Virus record (IMG/VR): IMGVR_UViG_3300017914_000750
Coordinates: 29,737-93,736 of that record
From: a virus
Taxonomy: Duplodnaviria > Caudoviricetes
Direction: 5' to 3' (one strand)
Length of the DNA stretch: 64,000 nt
The translations under genes and the position numbers were made by a program. Below, in pieces: positions 28,335 to 37,128 of the stretch (its first letter is position 1; each line of letters opens with the position of its first letter). The notes under the pieces are model-generated. The model was given only the letters and a program-made list of their open reading frames with translations. It was not told the origin of the DNA and did not search any database.

Positions 28335-29027
28335 CTACTTGACTATGTCGTAATCTTCATTCAATGGGAAGTGATTCCAGTCGGGGTCTATATCCATTGC
28401 ATGGTCATTACTCATGTTTAATTTATGAGAAACAACATTAAAGGATATAGAATATCTATCTTTTTCTGTTCTATTTGGTTCAACCATATGCATCATAGCA
28501 CTTGGAAACAATATTAAAGACCCTGTTGTAGGTCTTATTCTATATGTATCCATTTGTCTTACATTATTTGGAAAGTCTGATACTACTTTTGGGTCTTTAT
28601 CGAGTGCAACAAAGTCTCCTTCATCGCCGTCTCCTTTAATATAAAAAGCACCACTATACCAACAACCATTATGTAAATGGGGTTTATTCCATGCACCATT
28701 ATCATTTATATTTGCCCATGAGTTACCTATATCTATTTGAATTTTACCTGTATTGATAGCATGAAATCCACAAATTTCGTTGTTGTAAATATCTTTTAAT
28801 ACTCTCATTATTTTTGTAAATGCTGGGTGTCTATCACAACCGTCATTTGATTGCCAACCACTATATGCATTTGATATGTTTCTACCAACTGGGTCTTTCT
28901 TTCTCATACCGTCTACAGCTTCTCTCAACATATCACAATAATCTTCTGTAATCCTACCACTCTCAATAAGATTTTCTTCGTATACTATCGTTGGAAATAG
29001 TAATCTAATTCCCTTTTTCATCGTCAC
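28335..29027 (-). CDS. putative 2OG-Fe(II) oxygenase (TIGR02466-like)
   Basis: SWANIN, HLH, SGAFY, LILFPS.MMHMVEPN, RYSISFN. Confidence 0.85.
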   Translation of the reverse strand: MTMKKGIRLLFPTIVYEENLIESGRITEDYCDMLREAVDGMRKKDPVGRNISNAYSGWQSNDGCDRHPAFTKIMRVLKDIYNNEICGFHAINTGKIQIDIGNSWANINDNGAWNKPHLHNGCWYSGAFYIKGDGDEGDFVALDKDPKVVSDFPNNVRQMDTYRIRPTTGSLILFPSAMMHMVEPNRTEKDRYSISFNVVSHKLNMSNDHAMDIDPDWNHFPLNEDYDIVK

Positions 29028-29940
29028 CGTCCCAATTTAATTCTGTTCTTTTCTTTTGTTCAACTTTAAAATCAAACTCCATTTGTTCTTCTTTCTTATG
29101 CATAGGACACTCAGGTGGTGGAGTATCTTCTGAGAATAATTTTGCCTTATTAGTTTTTATCTTGGCATTTCTATAACCACCAATGTTTAATTTTTCTGAA
29201 GCTTTCCTCTGTATATATTCACCTGTTGCTGGGTCTATTTTCATATGTCCACCTTCCATTTGCCATTTTTGCATTGACCTATCATGTATACCATGTGTTT
29301 GATACCATTCATTTGATTCTGCATAGGTATAAGTTGCATGATATTCTTCTCTTTTATATGGGACAAATTGACATATAGGTTGTCCAGCTGGTATAATGAA
29401 AGAATGATTAACTTTAGGATAAAATATAATTTGTGCATTATCCATATTCATATTAAAGTTATCCGTATCAATGATACCTTGCCATACTGCAAAATATTGA
29501 TTTTGAAATAAAAAAGGGTCTATAAAGAATGTGGAATACCCTTCGGGTGTTGTAATGTTCCACCTTTGACTTATTTTAAATGCGTCTTTGACTGGACAAT
29601 CTTCACCCATGTATTCAAATATATCTTCAAATTGTGAAGACCCATGTGAAGGTGAACGGATAGGACTATTAGGAGAGGTTACGAATATTTCATTTTCTTC
29701 GGGAAAATTCCAATCATGACCATTCATAACTGGTATATCTTGAGTTGCAATTATATACCAACCTAGTTTTAAATAATCGTCCATGGCTGGACATGACCTT
29801 AGAGTTTGAACTATTTGACCCCTATGGTGAACTTTTACTTTTGCTTTCTTCCACCATTCGGGGTGATAGTTCTTTGCAAGAACTGGTCTAAAGTTCTCAA
29901 AAGCACTTCCATCGAATGTTCTAAAATCAATTGTAGGCAT
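29005..29940 (-). CDS. hypothetical protein of the CP..D..G type seen beside phage 2OG-oxygenases (DUF6065-like)
   Basis: CPAMDDYLKLGW, WNITTPEGYS, GIIDTD, AGQPICQFVPYKRE. Confidence 0.55.
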   Translation of the reverse strand: MPTIDFRTFDGSAFENFRPVLAKNYHPEWWKKAKVKVHHRGQIVQTLRSCPAMDDYLKLGWYIIATQDIPVMNGHDWNFPEENEIFVTSPNSPIRSPSHGSSQFEDIFEYMGEDCPVKDAFKISQRWNITTPEGYSTFFIDPFLFQNQYFAVWQGIIDTDNFNMNMDNAQIIFYPKVNHSFIIPAGQPICQFVPYKREEYHATYTYAESNEWYQTHGIHDRSMQKWQMEGGHMKIDPATGEYIQRKASEKLNIGGYRNAKIKTNKAKLFSEDTPPPECPMHKKEEQMEFDFKVEQKKRTELNWDGDDEKGN

Positions 29941-30640
29941 ATCTATCCTGTTTATCTAGTAGTCTAACTTCGTCTCCTCTCAAGACTATAGACCTTCTAT
30001 CTATGTAGTTTGCATTTGAAGAAGGTGCTTCTGCACCATGTGGTATTCTACCGTCAAACATTAATAATCTATTCGGTTTAAATGCAACTCTTCCTATTTC
30101 AAACTCATTCATGTGGTCTTCTGTTCCAGTCTCTACATGTTGACTATAAAATCTTAAATCTCCACCCCAGTTATCATTCCAAAATGTATTTGTATAATAT
30201 AGAAAAGATAAATTAAAATCATCATCAAGACTACAATCAGCATGACAGCTTCCATTTTGACCCATAGTTTGAGAGTTGGTTCCCATATATTGAAATCGTA
30301 TCCAATCAAAAGAGAAATCAGTTCTTATTTTCTTATCTATGTAATCCATAAAATATGGATAGTAAAAGTTTGATTTACATTTTACTTTTTGTCCGTTGTT
30401 TGCTCTAAAATATGAAGCACCCCATAATTCATGACTAGGTAATCCACCTCTTTTTCTATTATCTACAGTTTGAACACAATTGTTCTTTTGCCAATTTGTT
30501 TGATTTCTTAGAAAGGAGTCTGTATGGTGGTGTAATTCAGCTGACAAATAATTGTCAAAGATATAAACTTTATTTCCTAGTGGGAGTTCTTCAATATAGA
30601 ACGGTGAATCACATTCTATTACTTCAATAGAATTAACCAT
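29927..30640 (-). CDS. 2OG-Fe(II) oxygenase
   Basis: HAD, LYY...WGGDLRF, FKPNRLLMFDGRIPHGA, RRSIV. Confidence 0.85.
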   Translation of the reverse strand: MVNSIEVIECDSPFYIEELPLGNKVYIFDNYLSAELHHHTDSFLRNQTNWQKNNCVQTVDNRKRGGLPSHELWGASYFRANNGQKVKCKSNFYYPYFMDYIDKKIRTDFSFDWIRFQYMGTNSQTMGQNGSCHADCSLDDDFNLSFLYYTNTFWNDNWGGDLRFYSQHVETGTEDHMNEFEIGRVAFKPNRLLMFDGRIPHGAEAPSSNANYIDRRSIVLRGDEVRLLDKQDRYAYN

Positions 30641-31184
30641 CTTGTATGACTGAAGAAGGTGGAAGAGTCATTATATAATCTTCTAAATCTCTTAGAGTGT
30701 CTTCTCTAGTTACAGATATGTCTCTGTAAATACCGTCTGCAACTGTATATGTTGCATCTGCAAACTCTAAGACCCTTCTTGCTTCAGACCTGTATGGGTG
30801 TGCTGAACCTTCTCTACCAGCATATATAGCGTCAAGAAAATTTTCAAATCCATATGCTTCACATTGAACTTCTATATTTCTTTTTACTGCGTCATGAACT
30901 CTATCAATGAATTGATTATTAAGAGTTACACCATGAGGTGGTTCTGAATTTTCAATGTATCTCTCAATTGCATCTCTATCTGTTTCTGATAAAGGTTGAG
31001 TGTCTTGTTCATCAAAAGGTTTGTCTTTATCCCATTCTAAAATTTTTACTTCGATTTGGTCATATACCAACACATCAAAGTCAAACCCTAAGTCTGGCTT
31101 ATCAACATTTTCAAATCTATATTCTAATCCGTTTGGTTTTCTTACTAATAAATTTCCAAACTCACAATATACTAATGCATTCAT
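30633..31184 (-). CDS. hypothetical protein, possibly tail-fibre assembly related
   Basis: C-terminal YGFENFLDA...PYRSEA...FAD resembles phage fibre-assembly proteins (recalled similarity, unverified). Confidence 0.4.
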   Translation of the reverse strand: MNALVYCEFGNLLVRKPNGLEYRFENVDKPDLGFDFDVLVYDQIEVKILEWDKDKPFDEQDTQPLSETDRDAIERYIENSEPPHGVTLNNQFIDRVHDAVKRNIEVQCEAYGFENFLDAIYAGREGSAHPYRSEARRVLEFADATYTVADGIYRDISVTREDTLRDLEDYIMTLPPSSVIQDG

Positions 31185-31204
31185 AATATCTCCATTCTAA
31201 CATA

Positions 31205-32743
31205 TTAGTTGTTTTTTGGCAACCCGTTTTTTACTCTATCGTAGTAACCTAACATATTTATGTTACTCGTATCCATGCCTTTAATCCAAGGGCCACCTCT
31301 TGTATAATGGATTGCATGTTCTGTTTTTTGAAATTTTGTATCGAATCCTTCTGTTGCAATTTTACCATGTGGTATTTTACTTACTTTATCAGTCCATTGA
31401 AACTGATGTAGATATTGTCCACTTGCAGTATTAATTAATTCGGGTGTTAGTTTCCTACAATCTTCATGACCATTATTAAAAATCATCATACTAGACCATA
31501 ATTTTTTAGGATATGATACATTCTTTTCTCCACCCATTTTAACTTCGTCATGGTGTTCAAAATCATATTGAACACATGCTACTGCATTGTCGGGGTCTAA
31601 GAAATAGAATAAAGGTAAGGGAGACCTTTGCCATATGTAATCGTTATCAATGAAGAAACTAAATCCTTCATAGTTTTCTAAATATGGAATTAAGAATCTA
31701 CTGTAAGTAAATTCAGTAGACTGTTGTGCATACTCTCTATTATACACTGGAATTTTAGAATAGTCAAGGCGTTTGACTTCTATTTTATAATCTTCAAAGA
31801 ACTCTTCTCCTACACCTTTACATTTTGACTTTTCTATGCTATCATGTATTGACTTTTCTGCAACTTCATGTATAATATCGTCATGACTTGAATCATAACC
31901 AATATAGATATTGATTGGTTTTTTCTTTGTTAGTTTATGCACCTTTCTATTAAAAGCATGAACTTGTTTTCTAAAGTCTGTTCCCCCATGGTCTATTGGA
32001 ACATTGATTTCTATTTTTCCTTGGTCTGTCCATATACCACTTATATTTTTTCTTCCCTTTGGAACTAATGAAGTCCAAAAATCTAAAAGGTTATCTACAT
32101 TTAGACTTGGGTGGTTTGAAAAACAGTTTGAATAGTCTGTAACTAAACAAGTCATATCGGGTTCGTCCATTGCTTGGAATGATTGACACCTCATAGAGCC
32201 TGGGTGTATATTAAGTTTACCGTTTTTAGTGTGTCCTTGGATAGGTTGCCAGAGACCTTCTTTTTGAATATTGTTTATTAACCAGTGTGCTTTTGCAGCG
32301 TGATAATAAACTGCAGCCACTTGATTTTCTTGAACTGGGTCTTCGTCTTGACCAGTTATTTGTTCATAGACACCGTCTTCAATCATATAGTCCATTGAAC
32401 CACCACCAATAGGGTGATTTTCTCTTAAATCTGCAGTCCAACCTTTATGAACAAAAGTAAAGTAATTTAATGAAGGATTTATTAAACCACCCCATTCTTG
32501 TAGGTCTCCTTCGTTCATTAATTTTTTGATATGTTTCCATGTAACTAATCTAATAGGTGGTAATGTATCCAAAATATGTTGCCATATTTCTTTTCTGTCT
32601 TCGATAGGTTTATGAGCTCTTTCACCTTCTGCCCATAATTGGGGAAGAATAAATTGTTCTTTAGGACGAGTTTCATATGTGAAACTATCGTTAAATAGTT
32701 CTTTTGCTCGTTCAAGGGTTTTGATTTCTTCAAATCTGTCCAT
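31205..32743 (-). CDS. fusion of a ParB/Srx-like N-terminal domain and a GT-A glycosyltransferase
   Basis: N half has LINNIQKEGLWQPI...IHPGSMR; C half has IYIGYD, STEFTYSRF, DxD (IDND), WSSMMIFN, IHYTRGGPW. Confidence 0.75.
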   Translation of the reverse strand: MDRFEEIKTLERAKELFNDSFTYETRPKEQFILPQLWAEGERAHKPIEDRKEIWQHILDTLPPIRLVTWKHIKKLMNEGDLQEWGGLINPSLNYFTFVHKGWTADLRENHPIGGGSMDYMIEDGVYEQITGQDEDPVQENQVAAVYYHAAKAHWLINNIQKEGLWQPIQGHTKNGKLNIHPGSMRCQSFQAMDEPDMTCLVTDYSNCFSNHPSLNVDNLLDFWTSLVPKGRKNISGIWTDQGKIEINVPIDHGGTDFRKQVHAFNRKVHKLTKKKPINIYIGYDSSHDDIIHEVAEKSIHDSIEKSKCKGVGEEFFEDYKIEVKRLDYSKIPVYNREYAQQSTEFTYSRFLIPYLENYEGFSFFIDNDYIWQRSPLPLFYFLDPDNAVACVQYDFEHHDEVKMGGEKNVSYPKKLWSSMMIFNNGHEDCRKLTPELINTASGQYLHQFQWTDKVSKIPHGKIATEGFDTKFQKTEHAIHYTRGGPWIKGMDTSNINMLGYYDRVKNGLPKNN

Positions 32744-32752
32744 AATATAAAG

Positions 32753-32760
32753 TATTTAGT
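32753..32760 (-). promoter_or_regulatory. late promoter variant ACTAAATA for the glycosyltransferase/oxygenase block
   Basis: TAAATA core 9 nt upstream of the ATG. Confidence 0.55.
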
Positions 32761-32769
32761 TGTTAAAAA

Positions 32770-33576
32770 TTAACTACCAATCGGAGTTGCAGGCCACTGT
32801 TGGTTTACATCTCCATCCCATCTTGCTTCAGGTGTTCTACCCTGTCTTGCATATGTAAATGGTGACCTATGGTCGTATGTAAATGGATTTTGACCAGTTC
32901 TCTGATAAGTTGAAGGTGACCTATAATCATATGTAAACGGTGTTTGACCCGTTCTCTGATATGTTGAAGGAGACCTATAATCATATGTGAAAGGTGTCTG
33001 ACCAGTTCTTTGATAAGTCGAAGGCGACTGATAATCGTAAGTAAATGGTGTTTGACCAGTTCTTTGATATGTTGAAGGAGACCTATGGTCATATGTAAAT
33101 GGAACCTGTTGGTCTCTTATATTTGGTTGTTGTGCTGACCTAATGTTAGGTTCTTGAGCATTTGCAATATAAGGACTAGGTTGTTGTATTGACCTAATAT
33201 TAGGTTCCTGTGCATTCACTGGATTTCTATAGGTGAATGGTGACCTATGAGAGTAAGTATTAGGTTGTCTCGCAGGTGCTTGATATGTAAATGGTGACCT
33301 ATAGTTATAAGTAAACGGGTTCCTTGCTGGTGCTTGATATGTGAAAGGAGACCTGTAATGATATGTAAACGGGTTCCTTGCTGGTGCTTGATATGTAAAC
33401 GGTGACCTATAGTGATAAGTAAACGGGTTCCTTGCTGGTGCCTGATATGTAAATGGCACCCTATGATGATAAGTAAATGGGTTCCTAGCATCGTTCTCAT
33501 ATATGAAAGGTTGCCTAAAAGAAAAGGGAACTGGCTGTCTAGCAGAAGAAATAAATGGTGATTGATATGTTGGCAT
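32770..33576 (-). CDS. Pro/Tyr/Gln-rich repeat protein (mirror partner of 33591..35003)
   Basis: 27 Pro-initiated units of 8/10/12 aa; GAGGAG SD. Confidence 0.85.
   Translation of the reverse strand: MPTYQSPFISSARQPVPFSFRQPFIYENDARNPFTYHHRVPFTYQAPARNPFTYHYRSPFTYQAPARNPFTYHYRSPFTYQAPARNPFTYNYRSPFTYQAPARQPNTYSHRSPFTYRNPVNAQEPNIRSIQQPSPYIANAQEPNIRSAQQPNIRDQQVPFTYDHRSPSTYQRTGQTPFTYDYQSPSTYQRTGQTPFTYDYRSPSTYQRTGQTPFTYDYRSPSTYQRTGQNPFTYDHRSPFTYARQGRTPEARWDGDVNQQWPATPIGS
32833..33558 (-). repeat. coding tandem repeats (54-nt period blocks)
   Basis: QAPARNPFTYHYRSPFTY and QRTGQTPFTYDYRSPSTY arrays. Confidence 0.9.
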
Positions 33577-33590
33577 TCTCCTCTATCCTC

Positions 33591-35003
33591 CTACTTCTGT
33601 TGTCTGTTATGAGCAAGTATATCATGTGCAAAATAGTTTTGATTTCCACTTACTTTTGTTAAATGGTATACTTTATGTAGACCTTCTAGTTTTTCTATAC
33701 AGTCGACTGCATGTTTAGGTGTGTTTTGTAAAATACATGATATTGTATCAATGATTTTATCACCTTCTTCAACTACACCTGAGATTTCTCCACCCCATGC
33801 TGTTCCTTCTGCAACTTCTTGTTCCCAATCTTCCATGCTTATAACACACCAACCTTTTCCGTCAACTTTGATTGGGTGTCCACCTGTTAGTTTTACACCT
33901 CTACCACCGAAAGATATTTCGTATAATTCACATTCTCTTGGAACCATTAGTTCTTCTACTTCACCTACCATGATTGTTAAATTCTCATCTGCAGTCATAA
34001 CCATATCACCAACTTCAACTTTTTGAATTGGCATATATGAACCGTCTTCCATCCAAATCATAGTATCTTCTGCGAAGCAACCACCACCTCGACCACCGCC
34101 TGGGAAGAAGACTGGTTGTCTTGCTTGGAAGGTGAATGGGTTTTGGAATGCACCAGTATTCGGTTGCTGAAGGTTTGCAATATAGGTAAATGGTTGCTGA
34201 GCACTTCTAATATTCGGTTGTTGAATATTCGCAGGATATGTAAATGGTTGTCTTGCACTTCTAATATTCGGTTGTTGAATATTTGCTGGGTAAGTAAACG
34301 GTTGCTGAGCATTTCTGATATTCGGTTGTTGAATATTTGCTGGGTAAGTAAACGGTTGCTGAGCATTTCTGATATTCGGTTGTTGAATATTAGCAGGATA
34401 TGTAAAAGGAACCTGACTATTTCTAATATTAGGTTCTTGTGCGCTTACTGGATTCTGATATGTAAACGGTGACCTATGGTCATATGTAAAAGGTGACCTT
34501 GCAATAGCTTGATAAGTTGAAGGAGACCTATAATTATATGTGAAAGGTGACCTATGAGAGTAAGTATTAGGCTGTCTTGCCTGTCTTATATTCGGTTCCT
34601 GTGCGTTTGCAATGTAAGGATAAGGTTGTTGTGCTGACCTTATGTTTGGTTCCTGTGCGTTTGCAATGTAAGGATAAGGTTGTTGTGCATTCCTGATATT
34701 AGGCTCTTGAGCATTTGCAATATAAGGGTAAGGCTGCTGAGCACTACGAATATTGGGTTCTTGAGCATTTGCAATATAAGGATAAGGTTGTTGTGCTGAC
34801 CTTATGTTTGGTTCTTGAGCATTTGCAATATAAGGATATGGAACCTGAGTTAATTCTTGACCTGAAGCGTTATTCCACCCTGAAGGTGTTTTAATATAAA
34901 TTTGGTCAACTGCTTTCCAGTTGTTAGGCCCTGTCTTTACCCAAGCTCCTTGGGTTTTGTTCCACCCAGTAGGGGTCTTAACCTTTTGATTACCTGATGC
35001 CAT
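33591..35003 (-). CDS. fibre-associated repeat protein with C-terminal Hint domain
   Basis: Trp-rich N-terminal cap (GW...W...IYIKTPSGW), 27 repeat units, GGGRGGG linker, Hint domain. Confidence 0.85.
   Translation of the reverse strand: MASGNQKVKTPTGWNKTQGAWVKTGPNNWKAVDQIYIKTPSGWNNASGQELTQVPYPYIANAQEPNIRSAQQPYPYIANAQEPNIRSAQQPYPYIANAQEPNIRNAQQPYPYIANAQEPNIRSAQQPYPYIANAQEPNIRQARQPNTYSHRSPFTYNYRSPSTYQAIARSPFTYDHRSPFTYQNPVSAQEPNIRNSQVPFTYPANIQQPNIRNAQQPFTYPANIQQPNIRNAQQPFTYPANIQQPNIRSARQPFTYPANIQQPNIRSAQQPFTYIANLQQPNTGAFQNPFTFQARQPVFFPGGGRGGGCFAEDTMIWMEDGSYMPIQKVEVGDMVMTADENLTIMVGEVEELMVPRECELYEISFGGRGVKLTGGHPIKVDGKGWCVISMEDWEQEVAEGTAWGGEISGVVEEGDKIIDTISCILQNTPKHAVDCIEKLEGLHKVYHLTKVSGNQNYFAHDILAHNRQQK
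33606..34079 (-). other. Hint (intein-like) autoprocessing domain
   Basis: Block A CFAEDT, IQKVEVGDMV, block B TGGHP, block F/G VYHL...NYFAHDILAHN; followed by RQQK and stop. Confidence 0.9.
34116..34841 (-). repeat. coding tandem repeats (54-nt period blocks)
   Basis: PYPYIANAQEPNIRSAQQ x5 and PFTYPANIQQPNIRNAQQ x4-5. Confidence 0.9.
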
Positions 35004-35038
35004 CTAAATTGTTATCCTCAAAAATATACTCTTATTTA

Positions 35039-36769
35039 TTAAGAGTAAAGAATCCATAAATCCCCAACTGCACCGTCTGAACCTGTAGGTGCTGAAGTTG
35101 ATTGGTATACATTTCTTGCTGTTCCGCCTGAATTAGTTGCATTTGTTATTGTTAATGCACCAGTATTTACTGCACTTGGTGTAATAGTCAAGTTACCTGT
35201 TGAAGCACCAGTGAATGAACCTGTTCCAAAAGTAACTGCGTCTGCACTTTCGTCCCAACCGATAAACACATTGTCTGAACTTCCTCTTTCAATTACGAAA
35301 CCAGCGTCATTTGAAGGTGAACCTGAAGTTCCAGTTCCTAACTCAATCAATGCATCATCGATTGTTGTATTTGTAGAAGATACAGTTGTTGTTGAACCGT
35401 TAACTGTAAGGTTACCTGAAAGTGTTAAGTTTGCAAACTGAACATTACTGTTTGTTGCAACTGCCTGACCGATACTAAACTCACCACCTGAATATGATAC
35501 ACCAGTTCCAGCACTTAAATGAGCTCTTACTTCTGCTGAATTTGGGCCGACATATGTAATAACACCACTTGAATTATCATATGCAAGTGAACCGTCTCCA
35601 CCTGAATCTGTTACTGAGATAGCACCTCTTGCATCTGAGTCTCCATAAGCTGCAGAACCAGCAAGTGTTAATGTTCCTGCTGAATCGTCATAAGTTGCAG
35701 TGATGTTTGAACCACCAACTATAAGAGCTGCAACTCTATCGTCAACTCTTTCGTTTGTGAAGTATAGATTACTTGAACCCTCTGAAAGAGCATCTGTATC
35801 TGCAAGAACAGTTCCACCTAATGCAGTAGAAGTTCCACCGATTGTGATTGAACTATTTGATAATGCACTGTTAGGTATTGAACCTGCTAATTTACTTGCA
35901 ACGATTGAACCTGCTAACATGTCGTTAGTGATACCACCTGATTTTACTTGAAGTGAATCTGAATCTATTTCGATTGAACTGTCATCTACTTGAACATTAA
36001 GGGTTACTGCACCTGTAGTTCCACCACCTGTTAAACCTGACCCAGCAGTAACTCCTGTTATGTCTGCTTGGTTAGTATTTGCAATGGTTAGTGTTCCAGC
36101 TGCATCGTCATATGTTTTTGAGATACCTGTTCCAGCAACTATAAGTGAAGCAACTCTATCGTCTACTCTTTCTGAAGTATGGAATAAATTTGTTGAACCT
36201 TCTGTAATGTCATCTGAATCACCTGATAGTTCTGATAATGCGTCTTTACTTGCAACTTGAGAATCTACATATGCTTTAACTGATTGTTGTGTTGGAATCT
36301 GTGTAGCAGAGTTCGAAGCCATATTGTCTTCGTCTAATATTGCAGTTCCACTTACACCAGTATTTAAAACTGCACTTGTAAGTGTTTTGTTTGTTAATGT
36401 TTGTGAACCTGTTAATGTTGCAACAACTGAAGTATCTACTTCAATATCGTCTGAGTTTACTGTAATACCTGTTCCTGAACCAATATTAAGTGTTGCATCA
36501 CCTGAAGTTGCAGTTCCAGTCAAACCAGCACCAGCATTAACTCCTGTAATATCACCTACATTACCAGTGATTGTAAGAGTTCCAGCAGAATCATTATAAG
36601 ATAATGATACCCCTGAACCTGCTTGGAGTAAAGTTCCCGCTATGTGGTCGTCAATAGTTTCTAAAGCATTTGTTCCGATTGAAGCTGCAGTTAAGTCTCC
36701 TGAGCTATCAATAACTTCTGTTGTTCCTACAGTAAGACCATTCTTGATTATAAAATTTTTCGATGTCAT
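35039..36769 (-). CDS. tail fibre protein
   Basis: G/S/T-rich with EGSxNLYFTNERVDDRV modules; C-terminal SAP...GDLW motif. Confidence 0.75.
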   Translation of the reverse strand: MTSKNFIIKNGLTVGTTEVIDSSGDLTAASIGTNALETIDDHIAGTLLQAGSGVSLSYNDSAGTLTITGNVGDITGVNAGAGLTGTATSGDATLNIGSGTGITVNSDDIEVDTSVVATLTGSQTLTNKTLTSAVLNTGVSGTAILDEDNMASNSATQIPTQQSVKAYVDSQVASKDALSELSGDSDDITEGSTNLFHTSERVDDRVASLIVAGTGISKTYDDAAGTLTIANTNQADITGVTAGSGLTGGGTTGAVTLNVQVDDSSIEIDSDSLQVKSGGITNDMLAGSIVASKLAGSIPNSALSNSSITIGGTSTALGGTVLADTDALSEGSSNLYFTNERVDDRVAALIVGGSNITATYDDSAGTLTLAGSAAYGDSDARGAISVTDSGGDGSLAYDNSSGVITYVGPNSAEVRAHLSAGTGVSYSGGEFSIGQAVATNSNVQFANLTLSGNLTVNGSTTTVSSTNTTIDDALIELGTGTSGSPSNDAGFVIERGSSDNVFIGWDESADAVTFGTGSFTGASTGNLTITPSAVNTGALTITNATNSGGTARNVYQSTSAPTGSDGAVGDLWILYS

Positions 36770-37029
36770 TAGAATGACCCTCCATTAACTGTTGGTAAAC
36801 TTAGTTCTCCATTACTAGAATTGTAACTTAGATTTGTTTCTCCACTTGCAAGTGAGATAGCACCTCTTGCTCTTGCATTCGTGAAGTATTGATTCGTGGA
36901 ACCTTCTGAAAGATTATCAGAATCTAACTCTGATAATGCAGTAGAAGCTAATTTACCTGTTGAAGATATCACCTCTGTAGAACCAACCGTAAGTCCATAC
37001 TCTATAACGAAAGTGTTTTTTGTTGCCAT
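36769..37029 (-). CDS. small fibre-associated virion protein
   Basis: Shares its N-terminus and the LSEGSTNQYFT module with 35039..36769; ends GGSF. Confidence 0.6.
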   Translation of the reverse strand: MATKNTFVIEYGLTVGSTEVISSTGKLASTALSELDSDNLSEGSTNQYFTNARARGAISLASGETNLSYNSSNGELSLPTVNGGSF

Positions 37030-37128
37030 TTACCGTGTCCTCGATTACATTTGGTTTGTATACTTGTATTTATCAATCCGCCGTCTTCATCTACACCGTA
37101 TACAAAAACTAATTAAACTTTTTTTTCT

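Noticed and set aside
32770-33576. Multi-core RiPP precursor
   Set aside because: No leader, dedicated protease or transporter is evident. The exact mirror match to the neighbouring fibre-type protein is better explained structurally, though modification of the repeats is not excluded.
33577-33593. Stop-codon readthrough fusing the Hint protein to its partner
   Set aside because: The gap between TAG and the next ATG is 14 nt (out of frame), and the downstream gene has its own GAGGAG SD.
33606-34079. Canonical selfish intein
   Set aside because: The residue after the terminal Asn is Arg, the C-extein is only 4 aa, and there is no endonuclease domain.
32833-34841. Tandem DNA repeats as a CRISPR array or diversity-generating retroelement
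   Set aside because: The repeats are in-frame coding units with synonymous third-position variation. There are no unique spacers, cas genes or reverse transcriptase in the window.
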